NCBI GenBank assembly: GCA_016873635.1
Contig: VGWJ01000007.1
Location: 4,908-68,907 of the forward strand
Length of the DNA: 64,000 nucleotides
DNA from: Lentisphaerota bacterium
GTDB taxonomy: Bacteria; Verrucomicrobiota; Kiritimatiellia; UBA8416; VGWJ01
Direction: 5' to 3'
The translations under genes and the position numbers were made by a program. Each line of letters begins with the position of its first letter. The first letter of the stretch is position 1. Shown piece by piece: positions 1-8,360 of this stretch. The notes under the pieces were generated by a model, which was not told the DNA's origin, ran no database searches, and saw only the letters and a program-made list of their open reading frames with translations.

Positions 1-711
1 GGCGGCGCCGGGCTCCACGGTGTGGCGGTCGCACGCGATCATCGGCGCGCCCGTGGTCGCGGCGAGGCGCGGCTTCACCTGATCCAGCGAGGGAATGTCC
101 TCCAGGAAGATCGTCCACTGCCGCCGCTCGCCGGGCCGCAGGACGTCGAGTCCGCGCGGATGGCGCTTGGGCAAGGGGCCTCGATGCAAAAGGTCCAGGC
201 ACAAGGTGTAGATACGGTGCTGCCCGGGCTTGTACTCAAGATGCCAGGACGCCACAGGATCCGGCGAACTGATTCCGAGGATGCGGCCGCGGGGACTCAT
301 GGCGTACCCCCAGAAATGCGTCTTCTCGCAACGCAGAAGCGTCGGGAAATAACGGTCGTTCCAGTCGGGATACGCCGCCATGTAGGTGTCGAGGCCCAGG
401 ACCAGGGGCAAACGCCCGGGGGCGAAAGGACGAGCCCCGCGGTTCTCCACGGCAACCGCGATCCGTAGGCGCCCGCCCTCGACCGCGTATCCAAGCCGGT
501 GGTGCACGCCGTCCACCGTCCCGGCGAACACCGGCTCTCCCGGCTCCTCCTGCCGCAGAATGACGCCGCTGCCGAAACGCGGACCCGCCCACGCGTCCGA
601 TCTGAAGCCGATCTCCTCCCAACCCTCAGCGCGGCGCACCCTCAAGGACGCCATGGTCCCGTCGCCACGCAACGCGCACATCACTCCGTCCGTCTCTTGG
701 CCGATCGTCAT
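1..711 (-). CDS. hypothetical protein, N-terminal part only (gene runs off the left edge)
   Basis: Absent from the ORF track because no stop lies in the window. My manual minus-strand translation from ATG 709-711 (MTIGQETDGVMCALRGDG...WHLEYKPGQHRIYTLCLDLL...) stays open for all 237 codons down to position 1. A GAGGTGAG Shine-Dalgarno-like sequence sits just upstream, and the start lies 13 nt after the stop of the GH4 gene. No family recognised. Confidence 0.6.
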   Translation of the reverse strand, partial: MTIGQETDGVMCALRGDGTMASLRVRRAEGWEEIGFRSDAWAGPRFGSGVILRQEEPGEPVFAGTVDGVHHRLGYAVEGGRLRIAVAVENRGARPFAPGRLPLVLGLDTYMAAYPDWNDRYFPTLLRCEKTHFWGYAMSPRGRILGISSPDPVASWHLEYKPGQHRIYTLCLDLLHRGPLPKRHPRGLDVLRPGERRQWTIFLEDIPSLDQVKPRLAATTGAPMIACDRHTVEPGAA

Positions 712-723
712 ATCCGCTCACCT

Positions 724-2598
724 CTACGGCCTGAATCCCGGCAGGAACTTCTTCTCGGCTTCGAAGAGCTCGAACGTCATCTTCCGGATGTCCGCGGGAC
801 AACTCACGGCCGCCGTCAACGGGTCCAGCATCAGGGCCTGGGCCGCGGTCTCGACGGACTTTGTGAGGCACGCGTCGGCGGCCAGGTCGAAGAAACGCAT
901 GTTCCAGTCGCACAGGGCCGCGCACTGGGACGGGAGCCGCCCGTAGTGCGACGGCCGGATGCCGAACCGGTCCACTAGGCACGCCACTTCCACGACGCCG
1001 TCCTGGGGAAGGTTGCTGATCACCCCGTGGTTGGGCATGTTCCCGTAGATCACAAAACTGGCGTTGGTCTCCATGGCCTGGATGATGTAGCTGGCGTACT
1101 CCCAGCTCCGCTCCAGCTTGAGCGGCGCCTTGCCCGAGATCACATCACGCCGGTGCTGGTCGGTGTTCTTGCGGAATCCCGGCCAGGCGGACGCGTAGAA
1201 GCGGCTGCCGCCTTCCCAGTCCTTGCCGCAGTAGCGCTTGAGCATGGCCGGGGTCTTGCGGTAGTAGGGCACGTACTCGCTGTCGTGCCCGCTCATTTCC
1301 GTACAGTAGAACCCGAAGTGCATCATCAGGTCCAGCCGCACCTTGTCCTTCCCGTCGTTGAAATTCTTCTCCGTCAGCACCCGCTCCTTGAGGCGCGGAT
1401 ACAGGTCCACACCGTCGAGGCTCAGTTCCGTGAACCACGCCAGGTGATTGACGCCGGCGCAAGTCCACTTGATCCGGTCATAGGCCACTCCCGCCCAGGC
1501 GGCTAACTGGTGGCTGCCACCCTGGACACTGTGGCAGAGACCGACCACCTTGGCCCTGCTGGCCCGCGCCGCCGACAGGCACATGATGCTCATCGGATTC
1601 GTGTAGTTGAGCACCCACGCTTGCGGGCAGAGCTTCTCCACGTCGCGCAGCACCTCCACAAACACCGGTACCGTGCGCATCCCCTTGAACAGGCCGCCCG
1701 GCCCCATCGTATCGCCAATGCACTGGTCAATCCCGTACTTGAACGGAATGTCATTGTCGAAGGCGACACAGTCCACGCCGCTGACTTCGATGCAGTTGAT
1801 GACATAGTCGGCGCCCTTGAGCACCTTGCGCCGGTCGGCCGTGGCGGTGATTCTCCACTTCGTGCCCATGGCCTCCACGATCTTCCGGCAAACCTTCTCC
1901 GCCAGTTCCAGCCGTACGGGATCGATGTCCACCAGCGCGAATTCACCGCGGTCCGCGCCGGGAATGCTCATCACATCCGTGGCCAGCGTCTGCAGGAACC
2001 CGCTCCCCGCCCCCAGGAACACCACCTTGAGCGGACGAAACACATGGCTGGCAATGCCGAGGTTCCGCGCCCGGGTGGTTTCTGCCTTGCTCAATCCCGT
2101 CTGCACCGGCGTGCCGACCGCCAGCACGGCGCCCACGCTGCCGCTGATCACCTTGACCGCCAGGGTATGCTCGCCCGCATCGAGGCAGACGGAAAACTCG
2201 TGATCATCCTTTCTTGGCGGCTGGAAGCCGTTGCCTTGGGCGAGCGTGTCGCCGACCGCCTTGCCGTCCACCCACGCACTGAACCACCAGTCGGCGCCGA
2301 TGCCGATGCGGTATTCGCCCGTCTTCGGGGCATGGACCGGGATGAACACGTACGCCGTCCGCCCCTCCCGCGCCGGGCCGTGCAACTGGGTGAGGTCCAG
2401 TTTCTCATAGGCCACGTTGATCTTCCGGGGCGAGAGTTGGCGCTTGCCGACCGTCAGCGTTGCCGGGCAACCGGCCAGACGGGCGAAGTCCGGTTCCTGC
2501 GCTTCTCGTTCAACAGGACCGAAAACGGTCCACTTCGTCCCGAACGCAAGCTCCACGGGTCGGCTGTGCTCGGTATGTCCAAGATCTTTCTTTGTCAT
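724..2598 (-). CDS. GH4-family NAD-dependent glycosidase (alpha-galactosidase/alpha-glucosidase type) with an extra ~185-aa N-terminal beta-sandwich-like domain
   Basis: 624-aa ORF. Residues ~190-624 carry GH4 hallmarks: the KVVFLGAGSGF Rossmann start, NYTNPM and GLCHSVQG. The N-terminal extension (..IGADWWFSAWVDGKAVG..GEHTLAVKV..) is homologous to the C-terminus of the 60528-63050 protein. Confidence 0.85.
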   Translation of the reverse strand: MTKKDLGHTEHSRPVELAFGTKWTVFGPVEREAQEPDFARLAGCPATLTVGKRQLSPRKINVAYEKLDLTQLHGPAREGRTAYVFIPVHAPKTGEYRIGIGADWWFSAWVDGKAVGDTLAQGNGFQPPRKDDHEFSVCLDAGEHTLAVKVISGSVGAVLAVGTPVQTGLSKAETTRARNLGIASHVFRPLKVVFLGAGSGFLQTLATDVMSIPGADRGEFALVDIDPVRLELAEKVCRKIVEAMGTKWRITATADRRKVLKGADYVINCIEVSGVDCVAFDNDIPFKYGIDQCIGDTMGPGGLFKGMRTVPVFVEVLRDVEKLCPQAWVLNYTNPMSIMCLSAARASRAKVVGLCHSVQGGSHQLAAWAGVAYDRIKWTCAGVNHLAWFTELSLDGVDLYPRLKERVLTEKNFNDGKDKVRLDLMMHFGFYCTEMSGHDSEYVPYYRKTPAMLKRYCGKDWEGGSRFYASAWPGFRKNTDQHRRDVISGKAPLKLERSWEYASYIIQAMETNASFVIYGNMPNHGVISNLPQDGVVEVACLVDRFGIRPSHYGRLPSQCAALCDWNMRFFDLAADACLTKSVETAAQALMLDPLTAAVSCPADIRKMTFELFEAEKKFLPGFRP

Positions 2599-2613
2599 GT
2601 CTATCTCCGTCGA

Positions 2614-3543
2614 TCACACGCCGCCATGCTTGCGGCAAAACTCCACCAGTTCGTCAATCGTCGTCGTCGCGAGGGCGACGCATTGATCCGCGCCGCCATA
2701 GTAGACGTTGAGCCGGCCGTCCGGGAACTGCACCGCGCCACTGGTGAAAACAACGTTAGGCACCTGCCCCCGGCATTCGTAGTCGTGCACCGGCGCGAGC
2801 AGGAACTTGCGCGGCGCGGCGACGACGCGCGACGGATCGTCGAGATCGAGCAGCGCCACCCCGAGGTAGTAATTGCCGGCCGGCGGCGGCGTCGAGACCG
2901 CGTGGTAGACCTCCAGCCAGCCGTGCGGGGTGCGGATCGGCACCATGCCGGCGCCGTTCTTGGCGAAGTTCCAACTCGTCTCCGGGATCGAGATCGGACG
3001 GCTGTCGCCCCAGTGGACCAGGTCCGGCGAATAAGAAATCCACATGATCTGCGCCTGCCCCTCGGGCCGCTCCAGCCGGCAATAGCGGCCGCCGATCTTC
3101 CCGGGGAAGAGCAGCGCGTTGCGGTTGGTCGGCGTCGAGCAACTGCCGATGGGCGTGAACCGCACAAAGTCATCGGTCCTGGCCAGCGCCACCGTGCTGC
3201 CCAATCCATGCACCCAGGAACAATGGTAGCCGTAGAACGTCCCCTCCATCGCGGTGATCCGCATGTCGAAGCGTATAACGCCGCGCTCCTTCTCCAGCGG
3301 CCGCAGGGGATAGTCAATCTCGCGCGGGTCGAGAGTGAAGTGAATGCCGTCGTCGCTGCGCGCCGTGAAGAAATGACTGCGCCGCTCGTAATCCTCGACG
3401 CGCAGCACCAGCAGCGGCTTGCCCTCGAAGAGCGTCGCCCCCGCATTGAAAACCGCCGAGGCCTCGACCGGCAGGTCGGTGTGGCGCAGGATCGGATTGC
3501 CGGCGTACCGGCGCAATGGTGATGGAGAGTTATCGTGTCGCAT
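2614..3543 (-). CDS. GH130-family glycoside phosphorylase/hydrolase (beta-mannoside type)
   Basis: 309-aa ORF of typical GH130 length and pattern (RYAGNPIL, VFNAGA, GWLEVYHAV, VYYGGADQC). AAGGAG RBS lies before ATG 3543. Confidence 0.8.
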   Translation of the reverse strand: MRHDNSPSPLRRYAGNPILRHTDLPVEASAVFNAGATLFEGKPLLVLRVEDYERRSHFFTARSDDGIHFTLDPREIDYPLRPLEKERGVIRFDMRITAMEGTFYGYHCSWVHGLGSTVALARTDDFVRFTPIGSCSTPTNRNALLFPGKIGGRYCRLERPEGQAQIMWISYSPDLVHWGDSRPISIPETSWNFAKNGAGMVPIRTPHGWLEVYHAVSTPPPAGNYYLGVALLDLDDPSRVVAAPRKFLLAPVHDYECRGQVPNVVFTSGAVQFPDGRLNVYYGGADQCVALATTTIDELVEFCRKHGGV

Positions 3544-3767
3544 GTTTGGCTCCTTGTTTCTGATACGCCTCGTTGTATAACTGCGGGTCCTCGGGAGTCG
3601 CGCTTCCTGTTTTTGTCATCTGTACAGACAAGACTATACAAAAGAGAGTTACGCTGTATAGCCAACCCTTCGCGATGGAAAGGACTGCACCACATGCAAA
3701 GACAAGGGTTGTTGAGCCAGTGTATGATGGGCGGTGCGCTGCCATGCGCCCTGAACAACGTCGTGAT

Positions 3768-4820
3768 TCAGGTGGCTTCCTCCTGCCGTAACGCCTGTGC
3801 CGCTCGGATCATGGCCAGGTAGTTGTCAATCGGGACGTAGTAGGGAATAGAGTTCCCGGAACCCAGGGCATATCCGCGCGCCGACCTCCGGAATCGTCGG
3901 CCCGCTTCACGCACCTTGTCGTAGATGACGTCCGGCGGATTCCCGCACAGGAAATCCATATCAAAACCACCCAACAATCCAATCCTGTCGCCATAATCCG
4001 TGATCCACCGATCGAACGGGGCGATCGCATCCTCATTCGAGTGCTTCGCGTCGATCCCCAGGGCGATCACCTCCTCCATGATCTCGAAAATACACCCGCA
4101 TGAATGCCAGAGGAAACGTCCGCCCGAAGCATGAACCTGGTCGATCACGCGACGATACTGCGGCAGGATGTGCCTGCGAACCGTTGCCGGGTGAGTCAGC
4201 AGCGATGACTTGAAGCCGAGATCGTCCCCAAAGCGGCAGGCGGCAAAGTATGATCCATAGCGCGGCAGGAATTCCTTCCAGATGGCACACATCAGATCGC
4301 CGATGGCCCGGAACACGTCGGCGTAAAGTTCCGGATCATCCGCTTCCATAAACGGGAGGTATTCCAGGCCAACGAGGGCCTCCGCCAGTTCAAACACACC
4401 ATTGCCGATCCCTCCGACCGCCTTCATGCCGGGTGGTAACGACGGCACCAAAGCGCTGAACCGCGGATGGGCTGACCTCCAGAATATGGCTGGAAGTTCC
4501 CGCCAGGGATAACCCTCGAAATCCGAGCGGGATTGAATCGGGCCGCGTCCGCCACAGAGCGCGGTCTCCCCGGGCAGGTGGGAACTGATGCAGACCTCGT
4601 ACGAGACGGTATCGTAGGTCATTTCGCGATGGAAACGGCAGACGTGGCGGAAGAACTCGGCCTGTTCCCCGGCGGCGCCATCAGCCAAATCGGCAAATCG
4701 CACATCCAGGATCTTCTCCATGATCGATGTGCAGACGACGTGCTCGTACAGCGGCAGACGCGCCGGCCGCTCATTCCGCATCACGGCCTCGAAGTTCCGG
4801 TAGTCGGGTTGATGACTCAT
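3768..4820 (-). CDS. uroporphyrinogen decarboxylase (URO-D)/MtaA-like family protein, paralog 1
   Basis: The ORF 3768-4940 is trimmed to the internal ATG at 4820 (MSHQPDYRNFEAVMRNERP...). That start has a GGAG RBS and removes the overlap with the upstream gene. URO-D-like TIM pattern with a WHSCGC motif. Confidence 0.8.
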   Translation of the reverse strand: MSHQPDYRNFEAVMRNERPARLPLYEHVVCTSIMEKILDVRFADLADGAAGEQAEFFRHVCRFHREMTYDTVSYEVCISSHLPGETALCGGRGPIQSRSDFEGYPWRELPAIFWRSAHPRFSALVPSLPPGMKAVGGIGNGVFELAEALVGLEYLPFMEADDPELYADVFRAIGDLMCAIWKEFLPRYGSYFAACRFGDDLGFKSSLLTHPATVRRHILPQYRRVIDQVHASGGRFLWHSCGCIFEIMEEVIALGIDAKHSNEDAIAPFDRWITDYGDRIGLLGGFDMDFLCGNPPDVIYDKVREAGRRFRRSARGYALGSGNSIPYYVPIDNYLAMIRAAQALRQEEAT

Positions 4821-4932
4821 CCTGGTTCTCCTCGTCAATCCTCGAAAAACGCCACCCGGACCAGACAACGCGACACAACCACCTCCAGCACCAGGTTTTC
4901 GCCTTCGTAGCGGTGGCCGTTCACATTCAACT

Positions 4933-7233
4933 TCAAGCATTGCCCATGATCGCCAGCACGTTCACAGTCTTTCCGGGCCGGACGGGCAGCACGCGGCCAG
5001 CCAAGGGCTGGCCGTCCACCCGCACCTCGCGCACGCCGTGTTCGACGCGGTCGGGGTTCTCGACCCGGATCGCATACTCGCAACCCCGGAAGCGGCGGCG
5101 CACGCTGAATCCCGGCCAGGCGGCCGGAATGCACGGGTCAATGATCAGCCCGTCGAAGGTCTTGCGCACGCCCAGAATCCACTCGCTGACCGCCAGCCAG
5201 CTCCAGGCCACGGTGCCCGTGGTCCAGAGGCCGACCGAGCGGCCCGCCAGGTAGGGGTGGCACATGGCGGCGCGGGAGTTCGTGAAGGCGAAGGGAGGGC
5301 AGTCGGCGTTCTCGTTCTGTTGGTCGGCGTCGCCGCCGGGCATGACGGCGCGCAAGGTCCGATAGGCGCGCTCGCCCCGCCCGGCAACGCAATCGGCGAC
5401 GACCTTGAACAGAGCCGCATGGCAGTAGCAGGAACCGTTCTCGAACAGGCCCGAGGGGTTGCCGGTGACCGAGCCCACGCCGCGGTCGACGTCGGTATAG
5501 GCCGGCGCCATGAGATAGGGGCCGACCCGCGAGTCCAGCTCCTCATCAATGGACTTGAGGCAGGCGGCCTTGCGCTCGCCCTCCGCCAATCCGGAGAGGA
5601 CCGCCCAGGATTGCGGATTGAGGTAGATGCGCCCCTCCTTGGCCGTGGCCGTCCCGACAGCGCGGTTATCGTCGTTGTAGGCGAACCGGTACCACTGGCC
5701 GTCCCAGCCGTGCCGGTTCACGGCCTCCTTCACCTCGTCCGCCCGTTGCCGCATCTGCGTGAAGACCTCCGACTTGCCCAGGTGGGCGGCAAGCCGGCCG
5801 GTCTCGTTAAAGGCATGATAAAGGGCGATGGTAAGCCAAACTCCCACTCCCCTGCCCTCCCGGCCCAGGGTCTGGCACATGTCGGCCCAGTCGCCGTCGT
5901 GGATGCGGCACAGTCCGCGCGCGTCGCGGTCGCCGTAGAGGAAGCCCAGGGCGGCCAGCAGGTGCTCCCAGATCGTCGCCTCGCCGCCGTCGTGCCAGGG
6001 GACGACCTCGTCCAGCAGCGCGAGATCGCCGGTCTCGGCTAGATAGGCATTGAGGGCCAGCGGAATCCAGATCGGCCCGTCGGTGTAAAGCTGATCCTGC
6101 AGGGTGTTCACCGCGTCCCAGGCCCGGACGCAGCGGCCGCTCCGGTACACATGTCCCAGTGCCGCCCGGATCTTTTCCCCCGCCTGCTCGGGATCGAGGC
6201 TGCTCGCCCCCATGGCATCCTGCAGGACGTCGCGGAATCCGCGGCTGTAGATGCGGGTCCAGTGGATGTTGAAGCGCAGGTTGTGCTTGGCCCAACTGTT
6301 GAAGAGGCGGTCGAGTTCCGCATCCGGGGTCGTCATCATGAACCGTTCGTTCTGGGCCCGTTCCTCCGGCGTGGTCCCGCGGCGCAACGCCACGGGGCTG
6401 GCAAACATCCGCTCAATCCCTTGGTGGAGTTCAGGAAGTTGGTCGTACGAGCCAAAGACGAAGCGCACCTCGGCCTGCTGGCGGCCGGCCAGACCCACGG
6501 AAGTCTGCAACGCTGCGAGCGTGCCGTAACCGCCATAGGGGGTGTCGGTCAGCGAGCCGCCGTTTCGGAGGCACAGAGGATCGTCCACGCTGCCCTTGCC
6601 GTGCGCGCCATAGAACATCACGGCCGATGCGCTGTAGTGCTCCACTTGCCGGTCGCAGGCCGCGAACCCGTTGAAGAAGGGGAACTCGCATTCAACATCG
6701 ATGTTGATGAACTTGAGGAGATTGCGCCCGCCATCGTATTCGCTGCGGATGCCGGTAATGTGGAACACGGTGGGATAACCGGAGAGATCCATCTGCATGG
6801 CCCCGACCAGATCCAGCCTGCGGTCCTTGCCCGTGGTGTCGGTCAGGCGGACCGTCCAGAGCTCAGCCGGCAGTTCATCGGTCACCGAAATCTGGAGTTC
6901 GATCCGGATGCCCCGCCAGTCGCCGCGCCAGGTCATGTAGCCCTGGCCGAAGACCGCCTCGGCGGAGGCGGTGGGAAAGACCAGTAAATCTTTGCTGGCG
7001 CTGTCCCGCAGGTAAATGCGGCGCGGCCCGCGATTGAGCATGGTGCGGATGCCGCCGACATGACGGAAGAAACTTTGCCCCCCGCCGCCGGAGGTGATCT
7101 GGGCGATGAACCGGTCGTTCCAGAGGCAATTATGCCACTCCCGCGGCTCCAGATCGCGACGGTCAAGGATGAACTCTTCGCCATCTTCGGAGAAGCGGCC
7201 GCATTGGCTGAGTTGATTCGAGTCTTTACGCAT
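4933..7233 (-). CDS. GH94-like glycoside phosphorylase (cellobiose/chitobiose/beta-glucan phosphorylase superfamily)
   Basis: 766-aa ORF with an N-terminal REWHNCLWNDRF..SGGGGQSF. It also has GFRDVLQD, DGDWADMC (equivalent to the catalytic DWND region) and ENGSCYCHAA, all typical of GH94-type phosphorylases. Confidence 0.72.
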   Translation of the reverse strand: MRKDSNQLSQCGRFSEDGEEFILDRRDLEPREWHNCLWNDRFIAQITSGGGGQSFFRHVGGIRTMLNRGPRRIYLRDSASKDLLVFPTASAEAVFGQGYMTWRGDWRGIRIELQISVTDELPAELWTVRLTDTTGKDRRLDLVGAMQMDLSGYPTVFHITGIRSEYDGGRNLLKFINIDVECEFPFFNGFAACDRQVEHYSASAVMFYGAHGKGSVDDPLCLRNGGSLTDTPYGGYGTLAALQTSVGLAGRQQAEVRFVFGSYDQLPELHQGIERMFASPVALRRGTTPEERAQNERFMMTTPDAELDRLFNSWAKHNLRFNIHWTRIYSRGFRDVLQDAMGASSLDPEQAGEKIRAALGHVYRSGRCVRAWDAVNTLQDQLYTDGPIWIPLALNAYLAETGDLALLDEVVPWHDGGEATIWEHLLAALGFLYGDRDARGLCRIHDGDWADMCQTLGREGRGVGVWLTIALYHAFNETGRLAAHLGKSEVFTQMRQRADEVKEAVNRHGWDGQWYRFAYNDDNRAVGTATAKEGRIYLNPQSWAVLSGLAEGERKAACLKSIDEELDSRVGPYLMAPAYTDVDRGVGSVTGNPSGLFENGSCYCHAALFKVVADCVAGRGERAYRTLRAVMPGGDADQQNENADCPPFAFTNSRAAMCHPYLAGRSVGLWTTGTVAWSWLAVSEWILGVRKTFDGLIIDPCIPAAWPGFSVRRRFRGCEYAIRVENPDRVEHGVREVRVDGQPLAGRVLPVRPGKTVNVLAIMGNA

Positions 7234-7269
7234 GCGGCAACTCTCTCTTTTGTCATCTACACCGCACAG

Positions 7270-7297
7270 AATATATGAAGCCTGACGACGCTGTCAA
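7270..7297 (-). promoter_or_regulatory. sigma70-like promoter for the GH94-like operon
   Basis: On the minus strand: TTGACA (7297-7292), a 16-nt spacer, then TATATT (7275-7270). It ends ~37 nt upstream of ATG 7233, inside a lower-GC 248-bp intergenic region. Confidence 0.5.
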
Positions 7298-7481
7298 GAG
7301 TTCAGGGAAGTCACCAGTTACCCCACCTATGAAGCGTGCGCTGATGACAGCGCAATCCCGAAAATTGGTTGCGGACAGCGAGGCACGGTACGTCGCCTGC
7401 GCCCCGCGGTGGCTTTCACGCTGGCAAGCCTCCTTGGGATCCATTGGAATCTCCGGCGATTCGGGGCCTTGGCTGGAACAC

Positions 7482-8186
7482 TCACCCCAACAGCGCCGCC
7501 AGGTTTTCGCGCGTCAGCAACGCCGCGTCCTGAGGCCGTTCGAGAAAGGGGCTGACATCCTCGCTGATCGTCCGCAGGTTCAAGGCAGTCAACCACGCCT
7601 GTACCAGTTCCTTCCAGGCGAAGGCGTCGAGACGGACAGTTCCTTGCGTCTGGTCCAGCGCCGCCTGCAACAAAGGCAGGTTCGGGGCCACCGGCGGCCG
7701 TTGCGAGAGATACCACATGAGATCGTACCAGTCCCGCCCCTTGGCATACTTACGGGTGATGACAGCGTGTAGTTTCCCGGCCAGCAGCGAGGGCAAATCG
7801 TAATGCTTCAGCAGGAAGGTCACGTAGCGCGTAACGAGCCGTCGTTCGCAGTGTCCGCCCGGCGGCGGCCGGGTGTCGATTTCCACCTTGATGGCCAGTT
7901 TCTCCGCCGGCATGGCCGATAGACCCGCCTCGCGGAGGACGCCGGCTATGCGAACCCAGCCGGTGTGCACAACCTTACGGTCATTCCAGGTCACCTCCGG
8001 ATCGAACCCGGCGAGCGTCAAGTCCCGCTTCACCTTGGCCATCCATTCCTTGCCCGCATAACTGATAAGAAATCGCTTTTCAGGCGGCGTTGGCACATGC
8101 CCGCCGACGTCGGAATAAATGAGCGCTTTCATGGGGGGCAAGGTAGAAACCTGTTCGAAGAGAACAAGATAACGGGTCGAATGCAC
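7482..8186 (-). pseudogene. AbiEii/AbiGii-type nucleotidyltransferase toxin, N-terminally decayed
   Basis: The 234-aa ORF has a GTG start. Its C-terminal two thirds match the DUF1814/AbiEii pattern (LLAGKLHAVITRKYAKGRDWYDLMWYL). The GG[TS]AL...D.D nucleotidyltransferase motifs are missing; only degenerate traces appear, in different frames, at 8187-8300 (..FVSGDSAFS*, ..VHSTRYLVLF). No AbiEi antitoxin gene is adjacent. Confidence 0.55.
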
Positions 8187-8360
8187 AACGGCGACGGGCC
8201 TGGGATCAACTGAAGGCGGAGTCTCCCGATACGAACTGGGGAAGATATTCGCGCGGCAAGCTCCACGAACTGGTCGAACAGGAAGGATCGAGCAAGGCGC
8301 CGGAGGCTCGTTGACCTGCGCCGCTTCCAGCCGGGCGGTGAGGCGGCCTTCTCCTACTCC

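Noticed and set aside
1510-3522. Very long plus-strand ORFs: 1510-3522 (670 aa) and similar ones at 5038-6042, 12982-15063, 15094-17697, 17773-19551, 29713-31734, 37957-39852, 42045-43922, 44441-46441, 58739-60430 and 60297-63104.
   Set aside because: All lie antisense to minus-strand ORFs that have clear family motifs. Their translations are Arg/Gly/Pro/Ala/His-rich low-complexity strings with no recognisable motifs. This is the usual stop-codon-poor shadow-frame artefact of high-GC DNA.
3544-3767. A cobalamin or other riboswitch upstream of the operon starts, given the MtaA-like genes.
   Set aside because: I could not find a B12-box-like sequence or any other riboswitch core I recognise in this spacer or in 7234-7481. 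Only promoter-like and short palindromic motifs are present. A covariance-model scan (Rfam/Infernal) would be needed to be certain.
7482-8360. An active abortive-infection or toxin-antitoxin defence module.
   Set aside because: Only a truncated AbiEii-like ORF is present. The nucleotidyltransferase motifs are degenerate and split across frames. No AbiEi partner or other defence gene lies nearby.
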